From: Corynebacterium glutamicum ATCC 13032
GTDB lineage: Bacteria > Actinomycetota > Actinomycetes > Mycobacteriales > Mycobacteriaceae
Assembly (NCBI RefSeq): GCF_000011325.1
Contig: NC_003450.3
Location: 3,180,001-3,212,000 of the forward strand
Direction: 5' to 3'
DNA length: 32,000 nucleotides
Under the pieces are notes generated by a model. That model saw only the letters and a program-made list of their open reading frames with translations, ran no database searches and was not told the DNA's origin. Made by a program: the position numbers and the translations under genes. Below are positions 1-7,039 of the stretch, piece after piece. Position 1 is the first letter of the stretch; each line of letters begins with the position of its first letter.

Positions 1-396
1 GTTGCAGCGTGGTTGATTGAAAAGTGGGGCCGTCGCAGCACATTGGCCACGTTCCTGGTTGGTTCTGCTATCTCTGCAGCGCTCTACGGCTTGGCAAATG
101 TGGAGTGGCAGATCCTGGTCGCAGGTTGTTTACTATCCTTCTTCAACCTGGGCGCATGGGGCGCACTGTATGCCATTGGGCCGGAGCTTTATCCCACTAA
201 TGTCCGTGGAACTGGAACGGGTGCTGCCGCGGGATTCGGGCGCATTGCTTCCATCATCGCTCCGCTCATTGTTCCGCCAGTGATTGCTTTTGGTGGACCA
301 ATTGCTTTGTTCGCTCTCTTTGCCACCGCGTTTGCGATCGCAGCGATTGCGGCGTTTACGCTGCCTGAGCAGAAGGGTAAGTCTCTCGCTGATTAG
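1..396 (+). CDS. MFS-type transporter, C-terminal fragment (gene starts upstream of the window)
   Basis: The frame is open from base 1 and stops with TAG at 394-396. It encodes hydrophobic TM segments and a motif typical of MFS loop/TM regions (LYPTNVRGTGTGAAAGFGRIASIIAP). Confidence 0.8.
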   Translation, partial: VAAWLIEKWGRRSTLATFLVGSAISAALYGLANVEWQILVAGCLLSFFNLGAWGALYAIGPELYPTNVRGTGTGAAAGFGRIASIIAPLIVPPVIAFGGPIALFALFATAFAIAAIAAFTLPEQKGKSLAD

Positions 397-568
397 TGAG
401 ATCCTTCCACCAGTTTTTCACCTGCCCAACGATGGTGCGTTTCTGCGCCTGGCGGAAGTCCTCCAAATTGCGGGGCAGGTTCGCGATAACCGTGGCACCC
501 TGGGTGCGGGTGACCACGATATCTTCGCGCAGCTGCATGGTACTGGGGTTATAGTCTCTTGATGTCAT
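356..568 (-). CDS. Small hypothetical protein (70 aa) translationally coupled to padR
   Basis: ATG at 568 is preceded by AAGGAG (complement of 577-582) with an 8-nt spacer, located inside the 3' end of padR (20-nt overlap). Codon choice looks host-like (cgc, acc, ctg, ttc). No recognisable domain. The 3' end overlaps the convergent MFS gene by 41 bp. Confidence 0.45.
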   Translation of the reverse strand: MTSRDYNPSTMQLREDIVVTRTQGATVIANLPRNLEDFRQAQKRTIVGQVKNWWKDLTNQRETYPSAQAA

Positions 569-1127
569 CTGCTGCTCTCCTTAAAATCTCGATTATTTGC
601 TCTGCTTTATCGTCGGGAGCAGCTTTCGCTGCTTCCCTGACCTTGTGAAACTCAGAGCGAATGTTAAACACCCGCACCTCTCGGGATTCTGGATTGCGAT
701 AAGCCTCCAGAATTGATCCCCACGCATCCTTGTTCTTTGCCACTTCCTGCGCGCCTTCTTCTGTAAGGCGCGCCATTTTTCTGCCCATTTCATGGGAGAT
801 GGAAATCAGGCCTTCATCTTCAAGCATGGACAAGGTTGGATAGATGGTTCCTGGGCTTGGAGTCCAGTTACCTTCTGTTTGCTCACTGATGGTGGTGATG
901 ATCTGGTAGCCGTGCATTGACTCAGCTTCCAGCAGCACCAAAATCACATTGCGCAGATCGCCTCTGCCAGCACGTCCACCGCGACCACGTCCGGGTCGCC
1001 TGCCGTGATGATGTCCATGTCCGTGCCCTTCAGCGTGCCGTTGAGCATGACGCCTGCCCGGCCTTCCCCTGAATTCTCCGGATCCGCGTGATCCACAAGA
1101 TTCATTGTTTAGTTCTTCAAAATGCAT
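549..1127 (-). CDS. PadR-family transcriptional regulator with a His/Arg/Gly-rich N-terminal tail
   Basis: Winged-helix core typical of PadR (ILVLLEAESMHGYQIITTISEQTEGNWTPSPGTIYPTLSMLEDEGLI). I chose the ATG at 1127 (MHFEELNN...) because AGGAGA lies 7 nt upstream. The ORF-track start at 1175 lacks an RBS and would cover the likely operator. Confidence 0.85.
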   Translation of the reverse strand: MHFEELNNESCGSRGSGEFRGRPGRRHAQRHAEGHGHGHHHGRRPGRGRGGRAGRGDLRNVILVLLEAESMHGYQIITTISEQTEGNWTPSPGTIYPTLSMLEDEGLISISHEMGRKMARLTEEGAQEVAKNKDAWGSILEAYRNPESREVRVFNIRSEFHKVREAAKAAPDDKAEQIIEILRRAADDIKRL

Positions 1128-1156
1128 ATCATTATCTCCTGTTCTTGAACTGAAGT

Positions 1157-1194
1157 TAACGATATATCGCAACATATCTCTACGTCAACGATAT
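1157..1194. promoter_or_regulatory. Candidate padR operator: 10-bp perfect palindrome CGATATATCG (1160-1169) and direct repeat AACGATAT (1158-1165 and 1187-1194)
   Basis: Palindrome and repeat read directly from the sequence, 30-70 bp upstream of the preferred padR start. PadR proteins are commonly autoregulatory. Function not shown. Confidence 0.3.
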
Positions 1195-1281
1195 GGCTAT
1201 TCTAGAACAACTTTGCAGGTCAGTCTATGTCGGTAAGTCTTGCCAAAGATAGGATTGCCTGGGCTGAGTGACTTAGAATCA

Positions 1282-1319
1282 CTAAAGGCAGTGCCCCACA
1301 TCGGAGTCACTGCCTTTAG
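1282..1319 (-). terminator. Hairpin downstream of dnaB (12-bp stem CTAAAGGCAGTG / CACTGCCTTTAG, 14-nt loop)
   Basis: Perfect 12-bp inverted repeat 16 bp after the dnaB stop. There is no clean U-tract on the minus strand, so this is a possible factor-dependent or I-shaped terminator. Confidence 0.4.
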
Positions 1320-1334
1320 AAAAATGAACTTTTC

Positions 1335-2867
1335 TTAACCGCGCGCCATGTCCACAAAACGTGAATAGTGCAGCTGGTGCGCCACCTGGACGGTATCGAT
1401 CGGGCCACCACGGTGCTTAGCCAAAATGATGTCGGCCTCGCCCGCGCGCTCGTCGTCCTTATCCTGGGAGTCTGGGCGGTATAGCAGCATAACGATATCG
1501 GCGTCCTGCTCCAGCGAGCCGGATTCACGAAGGTCAGCAAGCTGTGGTCGCTTATCGGTACGGGATTCAGGTCCACGGTTCAGCTGGGAAATCGCGATCA
1601 ACGGCACATCGAGTTCTTTGGCCAGCAGCTTGAGCTGACGGGAGAACTCGGAGACTTCCTGCTGACGGGATTCCACGCGTTTACCGGAGCTCATCAGCTG
1701 GAGGTAGTCCACCACGATCATTTTCAGATCATGCTTCTGCTTCAGCTTTCTGGCCTTGGAGCGGATTTCCATCATGGTGAGGTTCGCGGAGTCATCGATG
1801 AACAAAGGTGCCTGGGCTACCTTGTCTAACTTCTGCACCATCTTTTCCCATGCGGTTTCATCCATCTTTCCACCACGCATATCAGCCAGGCGGATTTCTG
1901 TTTCTGCAGAGAGCAAACGCATCACGATCTCTGACTTGGACATTTCCAAGGAGAAAATGACAGACGCCATGTTGTTCTTGATGGATGCCGAACGCATGAA
2001 GTCCAAGGCGATGGTGGATTTACCCACACCAGGACGAGCTGCAACGATGATCATCTGGCCACCGCGCAGACCGTTGGTGAGGTCATCGAGATCTTTGAAG
2101 CCGGTTGGAATACCGGTGGCGATGCCGCCGTCGTTGAGCATTTCCAGCTCAGCCATGGTTTCATCCAGAATATCGGCTAGGACTGCATAGTCTTCGCTCT
2201 GATTCTTTTGGGAAACGGCGAAGACTTCTTGCTGCGCGCGGTCAATCACCGCGTCAATTTCGGCGCCTTCATCGCCCTCGTAGCCGAGCTGGACGACGCG
2301 GGTGCCGGCGTCGACAAGCCTGCGAAGCACTGCCTTTTCCGAAACGATTTCCGCATAGTAGCGCGCGTTGGCTGCGGTGGGAACGGACTGGATGAGGTCG
2401 TGGAGGTACGCGCCACCGCCGACGCGGTCCAGATCGTTGGTTCGATCGAGGCGACCGGAGACAATCACGGGGTCAATATCACGGTTGTCACTGAACAGGT
2501 CAATGATCGCCTGGAAAATCAGCTGGTGGGACGGCCTGTAGAAGTCTTCTGGGGTGAGGATATCCAGAATGTCGATGACCGTGGTCGGACTGAGCAGCAT
2601 CGCGCCCAGCACGCCCATCTCAGCGTCATTGTCATAGGGAGGTTGGCGGAAGTCTCGGTATTCACGGGACTCGTCCTTGCGACCCCTCTTCTTGAAGCCC
2701 TGAGAGTCTCCTCCCCTAGTTCCCTGACCAAAGGCCTGGGCCGGGGAGAAATCTTCAAACGCCGGAGCAGGGACATCTACGTGTGCGTCATCCGCGAAGG
2801 AATCGCTTGGCTCCTGTGGAGGTACGTAGTCATCATCAAAACTTGCGGCGTGTGTATCTGTAGCCAT
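1335..2867 (-). CDS. dnaB: Replicative DNA helicase DnaB (510 aa)
   Basis: DnaB N-terminal domain (PPYDNDAEMGVLGAMLLS), Walker A (ARPGVGKST), Walker B (MIVVDYLQLM) and a typical C-terminal RecA-like fold. About 70 aa of acidic, disordered N-terminal extension. No intein-sized insertion. Confidence 0.97.
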   Translation of the reverse strand: MATDTHAASFDDDYVPPQEPSDSFADDAHVDVPAPAFEDFSPAQAFGQGTRGGDSQGFKKRGRKDESREYRDFRQPPYDNDAEMGVLGAMLLSPTTVIDILDILTPEDFYRPSHQLIFQAIIDLFSDNRDIDPVIVSGRLDRTNDLDRVGGGAYLHDLIQSVPTAANARYYAEIVSEKAVLRRLVDAGTRVVQLGYEGDEGAEIDAVIDRAQQEVFAVSQKNQSEDYAVLADILDETMAELEMLNDGGIATGIPTGFKDLDDLTNGLRGGQMIIVAARPGVGKSTIALDFMRSASIKNNMASVIFSLEMSKSEIVMRLLSAETEIRLADMRGGKMDETAWEKMVQKLDKVAQAPLFIDDSANLTMMEIRSKARKLKQKHDLKMIVVDYLQLMSSGKRVESRQQEVSEFSRQLKLLAKELDVPLIAISQLNRGPESRTDKRPQLADLRESGSLEQDADIVMLLYRPDSQDKDDERAGEADIILAKHRGGPIDTVQVAHQLHYSRFVDMARG

Positions 2868-3001
2868 TTTCTTTTCCCCAATCTGATTCTAAGTTCACTC
2901 TAGCCCCTGCATAGGCCTTTCCAGAAGGCACGAAAGCCCCCACCCCGAGGCTTTGTGATTTCCAACTCAACAAGCCGTACAGACACATTCTTTTACAAAA
3001 A

Positions 3002-3311
3002 CAATCCACAGAGCGTTAGGTTAACAACCCTAATTATCCACAGTTTTTAAAAGTTGCACACATTTGCACTCCACGCCTGTGGATAACTTGTGGATAACTT
3101 CCCCACAATTGACATGAATTGAGTCATATCTGCAGGTCACGACGGCGTGTCACACTGTGGATAACTAGTCTCAATCGGTGGATAACTATTCTCACCTGCG
3201 GTTTTAGTGTCCCAAACTCACCGACAATAGGCCTAAGCAGGGGTTATACAGAAAGAGAATAGAAGGTTAACTATCCACAATTACTCACAGTTATCCACAG
3301 GCCTGGGATAA
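3002..3311. promoter_or_regulatory. DnaA-box cluster in the rplI-dnaB intergenic region
   Basis: Perfect TTATCCACA at 3034-3042 and 3291-3299. Perfect complement TGTGGATAA at 3078-3086, 3089-3097 and 3156-3164. One-mismatch boxes at 3177-3185 (gGTGGATAA) and 3271-3279 (cTATCCACA). Two-mismatch boxes at 3002-3010 and 3281-3289. A weak box lies at 3303-3311. Spacing is 11 bp (3078/3089) and 10 bp (3271/3281/3291). Confidence 0.75.
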
Positions 3312-3358
3312 CTTTAAATTCGGGAAAATATCCCTTGTATATTTGTCAAAGTGTGTTA

Positions 3359-3407
3359 GATAAAAAATACTTCAGCCCCACTCCTGCTGTTTGGAGTGGG
3401 GCTGAAG
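3359..3407 (-). terminator. Rho-independent terminator of the rpsF-ssb-rplI operon
   Basis: 15-bp perfect stem CTTCAGCCCCACTCC (3370-3384) / GGAGTGGGGCTGAAG (3393-3407) with an 8-nt loop, followed on the minus strand by TATTTTTTAT. It sits 69 bp after the rplI stop. Confidence 0.85.
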
Positions 3408-3475
3408 AATGCTGTTGTCGTTGGGTGATTTACCTCTTCTGTGGGTAGATCACCGCCGTCGCGTGCGCGTTGTCG

Positions 3476-3928
3476 TTACGCTGCGACGACCTCAAACTTC
3501 ACGCGGGAAACAATTCCGTCGGTGAGCTTTGCTTCTACCTGGTACTTACCGGTGGTCTTAACCAGGTTCTTCGGGAGAACAATGGCACGCTTGTCCAGGT
3601 TCGGGCCGCCGGCTGCCTTGACTGCGTCGACGATGTCGTCAGTCTTAACGGAGCCGAACAGTTTTCCGCTCTCGGAGGTGCGGACTGCAATGGTAACACC
3701 TTCAAGTGCTTCCAGTGCTACCTTAACTTCGCGAGCGTGGTCGAGGTCGCGAATCTCGCGAGCCTCCTGGGCACGCTTGATGCCCTCGATCTGCTTCTCA
3801 GCACCCGGGGTGGCTACGATTGCCAGGCCACGGGGGAGCAGCAGGTTACGTCCGTAGCCGTTCTTAACCTCTACGATGTCGCCAGCGACACCAAGGTTTT
3901 CAACGGCGGCGGTGAGGATCAGCTTCAT
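3476..3928 (-). CDS. rplI: 50S ribosomal protein L9
   Basis: MKLILTAAVENLGVAGDIVEVKNGYGRNLLLPRGLA is the canonical L9 N-terminus. 150 aa. Confidence 0.97.
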   Translation of the reverse strand: MKLILTAAVENLGVAGDIVEVKNGYGRNLLLPRGLAIVATPGAEKQIEGIKRAQEAREIRDLDHAREVKVALEALEGVTIAVRTSESGKLFGSVKTDDIVDAVKAAGGPNLDKRAIVLPKNLVKTTGKYQVEAKLTDGIVSRVKFEVVAA

Positions 3929-3984
3929 GATCCCTGCCTTTCGTGGTTTTTGAGTGTTTGTGAATGTTTTAGAAAAGAAAAGCT

Positions 3985-4662
3985 TTAGAACGGTGGCTCA
4001 TCGTCTGCGCCGCCGAACCCGCCGGAGCCAGCTGGTGGTGCAGAATTCCAAGGGTCATTGTCCGGTGCTGCCTGTGGGCTGCCTCCGCCAAATCCACCTT
4101 GGTTGAAGTTGTTACCCTGGGACTGGTTTTGGTTTCCACCAAATCCGCCCTGGTTGCTTTGCTGCTGGTTGCCTTGGTTTCCACCGAAGCCGCCAGAGTT
4201 CTGGTTGCTGAATCCACCTTGCTGGTTGCCTTGGTTTCCACCGAGGCCACCACCTTGGTTGCCGCCACCGTAGTTTCCGCCAGAGTTTCCACCGCGCGGT
4301 GTGCGCTGGACATCTGCCTTGGCAAATGTTAGTGATGGTCCGACTTCATCCGCTTCGACCTCAAAAACGCTGCGCTTTTCGCCCTCACGGGTTTCATAGG
4401 AGCGCTGCTTGAGGCGACCGGTGACGATAACGCGCATACCCTTGGACAGGGACTCTGCAACGTTTTCAGCTGCCTGACGCCAAACGTTAACGGTGAGAAA
4501 GAGGGCTTCGCCGTCTTCCCACTGGTTGGTTTGGCGGTTGAACGAGCGGGGAGTTGATGCAATGCGGAAGTTAGCCACTGCTGCACCCGATGGGGTGAAG
4601 CGGAGTTCCGGGTCAGCAACAATGTTGCCAACGACGGTGATGTTAGTATCTCCGATTGCCAT
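3985..4662 (-). CDS. ssb: Single-stranded DNA-binding protein with a long Gly/Asn/Gln-rich linker and an acidic DDEPPF tip
   Basis: OB-fold N-terminus ([31 protein letters not shown]), a low-complexity linker and the conserved C-terminal D-D-E-P-P-F. Confidence 0.97.
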   Translation of the reverse strand: MAIGDTNITVVGNIVADPELRFTPSGAAVANFRIASTPRSFNRQTNQWEDGEALFLTVNVWRQAAENVAESLSKGMRVIVTGRLKQRSYETREGEKRSVFEVEADEVGPSLTFAKADVQRTPRGGNSGGNYGGGNQGGGLGGNQGNQQGGFSNQNSGGFGGNQGNQQQSNQGGFGGNQNQSQGNNFNQGGFGGGSPQAAPDNDPWNSAPPAGSGGFGGADDEPPF

Positions 4663-4698
4663 AATCCTTCAACTACCTCTCTAGAGCCTTAAAGTTCT

Positions 4699-4986
4699 TT
4701 ACTTGTCGAGTCGCAGAACCTTGGTGCGCAGGACACCATCATTCAGGTTCAGAACACGATCGAGCTCGAGTACGGTCGCAGACTCACACTTGAGATCGAC
4801 GACGGCGTAAACGCCCTCTTCCTTCTTGTCGATTGGGTATGCAAGACGGCGCTTGCCCCAAACATCAACCTTCACAACGTCACCCTTGTCCTTGCGGACA
4901 ACCTCGAGGAATTTATCCAGGGACGGGGCAACAGTGCGCTCATCCTGAGAAGGATCGAGAATGATCATAAGTTCGTATTGACGCAC
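4699..4986 (-). CDS. rpsF: 30S ribosomal protein S6
   Basis: The GTG at 4986 gives [12 protein letters not shown], the canonical S6 N-terminus, with AGGAGG 11 nt upstream. The ORF-track ATG at 4998 sits only 2 nt after that RBS. Confidence 0.93.
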   Translation of the reverse strand: MRQYELMIILDPSQDERTVAPSLDKFLEVVRKDKGDVVKVDVWGKRRLAYPIDKKEEGVYAVVDLKCESATVLELDRVLNLNDGVLRTKVLRLDK

Positions 4987-5114
4987 GGACCTCATCACCT
5001 CCTATGGTCTAGTAATTGTTTTTTCGGCCATGCCGTCGTTGGCATAGCAGGAGGGTCGTTGCGTCAGCAACCTATTCAAGGTACACCAAACGCGCGGAAA
5101 TGTCGATTCCTGAT

Positions 5115-5258
5115 TTATGCGTTTTCGTTCACAGTTCCCGCATGGAAGTTATGCTCTGCTTCCAGCGGCCTCGCTTCAGCGGTGGAGATGCTTGCCAACG
5201 TCAAAGCTGAAGCCGCGAGCATGCCTACAAAGGTGGTTGAAGTCTTAGATTTTTTCAT
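5115..5258 (-). CDS. Candidate small secreted peptide (47 aa), below the ORF-track size cutoff
   Basis: Hand translation: MKKSKTSTTFVGMLAASALTLASISTAEA/RPLEAEHNFHAGTVNENA. It has a classical Sec signal (basic n-region, hydrophobic h-region, AEA cleavage motif). GAAAGG lies about 9 nt upstream of the ATG. Same strand as its neighbours. Confidence 0.4.
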   Translation of the reverse strand: MKKSKTSTTFVGMLAASALTLASISTAEARPLEAEHNFHAGTVNENA

Positions 5259-5345
5259 CTGTTACCTGCCTTTCTACCTTCCTTAACGCACTTAGTTAGA
5301 GGAAAGTTCCCACGGGAGGAGGGAGACGTCGAAAAGCAAAATCTT

Positions 5346-5537
5346 TTAGGCGGGCGTGGTGGCCCAGAAAACCGCAATCGTCACCGGAATCACCGTGATC
5401 AGCACAATCGCGATGCTGAACAGCGTCCAAATCTGCTTATTCGATTTCTTATACATGAAGCTGGCAAACGCGCCGCCGAAACAGAGAAAACCCACAAAAA
5501 CGCTGACCATGGTGACCAGCAAAACTGTTGTGCTCAA
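5346..5537 (-). CDS. Small two-TM membrane protein (63 aa) translationally coupled to the upstream GT-C gene
   Basis: The TTG start overlaps the TGA stop of the upstream gene (TTGA). GAAGGAAG lies 5 nt upstream. Two hydrophobic helices are separated by YKKSNKQ. Confidence 0.55.
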   Translation of the reverse strand: MSTTVLLVTMVSVFVGFLCFGGAFASFMYKKSNKQIWTLFSIAIVLITVIPVTIAVFWATTPA

Positions 5538-6994
5538 CTTACTTCCTTCAATGCTTTTCGACGCTCGCCTGCGCCGAAGGGCCCGGCCAACAAATCGCGC
5601 CCGGCGTGCGCATCCATCACCGGATCTGCACGTCGTCCGAGCATCTGCCGGATTACACCTACTATCATGACCACAATGAAGGCATCTCGGGAAATCACGA
5701 TGAGATCCAACATTTCATGGGGGAGTCCCTTGTTGTCCGTGCCGAGCATGTGCCACATCAAAATTGGCCACACCATGGCGTCTGTAACCATCCACGGGAA
5801 CAGCACTTTCCACTGAGGAAATGCCAGAACAGCCAACGGGACCAGCCACAGTGAATACTGAGGACTCCACACCTTGTTAAACAGCAAAAACGCCGCGACA
5901 ATCAAAAAGGCCAGCTCAGCGACTCGGGGAGTGCGCTGCACCTTGAGCCCAAGGATCAAAATGGCCACACACGATGCACCAAACAAGCCGAAGCTCAGCA
6001 CATTAAGCAGCACTGGATCATTCAAATTGATCGGCAAATTACGGTCGATGACCTGGTAAATCGTGGTCCACTCCGCACCACGCTCCCGGTTCAGGCGCAA
6101 GAATTCATTCCACGCCTTGGGGTACGCGATCATCACTGGCACATTCACCACGAGCCATGTCACCGCAGCCGCTGCAGCCATGGTGATAAACGGCTTGAGA
6201 TTCTTATTCTTGACCGCCAGCACCAAATACGCACCAAGAAGATAAAGCGGCCACAATTTGAACGCCGTACCCGCGCCGATCAGCACACCCGCAACCAAGG
6301 GGTTTCCGCGTTTCACCGCAAGCATCGCACCAATCACCGCCGCAATGGCTGGAGTATCCCAGTTGGTAAACGCATGCACAGCAACCAGGGGAGACGCCGC
6401 AACAAGGACGGTATCCCACACTCGATTGCCAGTGAGCTCCACCATCATGCGGATGACCAACACCCAAAAGAACGCCAACGCAAGCGCGGTGACGATGAAA
6501 TAAAGACCAGATTCAGGCAGCGTATGAAACGGAATGACATCAACAACCGGGTACAAAAACCGCGTGATAATGCCACAAATCCACTGGAAAATTCCGCCCA
6601 ACACCGGGTACTCCATGTACCTGGTGAGATCACCTTCCTGCCACGAAAAGGCATAAGGGAAACCTGGCGCATCAATTCCGCGCCCCCCATAGAGCGGAAC
6701 GATGTCGTTGTAACAGGCTGAGGTGTACTGGCGACTTCCCGACCAGTTCAAAGAAACCACACCATCAGTACCTCTAGAACCCTGGATGCAATTGGCTTTT
6801 GTTAAAAACCCCATGGCCAAAAACACCAGGGAAGTGGTGATCAAAACACGCAGGGGAGTCCAGAACCGCTGAGTGCCCACCTGCGCAAAACGACCAAACC
6901 GACCGCCGATTGCATTGATAAAATCCCGTGCCACCGGTTCACTATCACCGGGCGATACGCGGTCTACCTTCTGCTGGTCCAATTTCTGGTCCAT
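5534..6994 (-). CDS. Polytopic membrane protein, GT-C-fold glycosyltransferase-like (DUF2029/GT87-like, positional equivalent of M. tuberculosis Rv0051)
   Basis: 486 aa with more than 10 predicted TM helices and a periplasmic loop after TM1 carrying acidic and aromatic residues. Its position between the class A PBP and rpsF matches mycobacterial synteny. Family assignment is from memory, no search run. Confidence 0.75.
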   Translation of the reverse strand: MDQKLDQQKVDRVSPGDSEPVARDFINAIGGRFGRFAQVGTQRFWTPLRVLITTSLVFLAMGFLTKANCIQGSRGTDGVVSLNWSGSRQYTSACYNDIVPLYGGRGIDAPGFPYAFSWQEGDLTRYMEYPVLGGIFQWICGIITRFLYPVVDVIPFHTLPESGLYFIVTALALAFFWVLVIRMMVELTGNRVWDTVLVAASPLVAVHAFTNWDTPAIAAVIGAMLAVKRGNPLVAGVLIGAGTAFKLWPLYLLGAYLVLAVKNKNLKPFITMAAAAAVTWLVVNVPVMIAYPKAWNEFLRLNRERGAEWTTIYQVIDRNLPINLNDPVLLNVLSFGLFGASCVAILILGLKVQRTPRVAELAFLIVAAFLLFNKVWSPQYSLWLVPLAVLAFPQWKVLFPWMVTDAMVWPILMWHMLGTDNKGLPHEMLDLIVISRDAFIVVMIVGVIRQMLGRRADPVMDAHAGRDLLAGPFGAGERRKALKEVS

Positions 6995-7039
6995 CGGCGG
7001 TCGGCTCCTTTTTAAGGTCGTTTAGGCTACGACCGGATT

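Noticed and set aside
2208-2903. 231-aa plus-strand ORF antisense to dnaB (with shadow ORFs at 1426-1638, 1756-2190 and 2246-2776)
   Set aside because: All lie fully inside the well-supported dnaB gene and have no independent signals.
3002-3369. Interpreting the DnaA-box cluster as the chromosomal origin oriC itself
   Set aside because: No dnaA, dnaN or rpmH gene flanks it, and I recall the canonical actinobacterial oriC lying between dnaA and dnaN. I also could not identify DnaA-trio repeats. It is better treated as a secondary DnaA-binding locus until tested.
3441-3988. 138-aa and 172-aa plus-strand ORFs over rplI
   Set aside because: Antisense to the canonical L9 sequence, with no RBS.
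4978-5286. 102-aa and 64-aa plus-strand ORFs upstream of rpsF
   Set aside because: They lie antisense to the rpsF start and to the better-supported 47-aa signal-peptide ORF, and have no RBS or hydrophobic or domain features.
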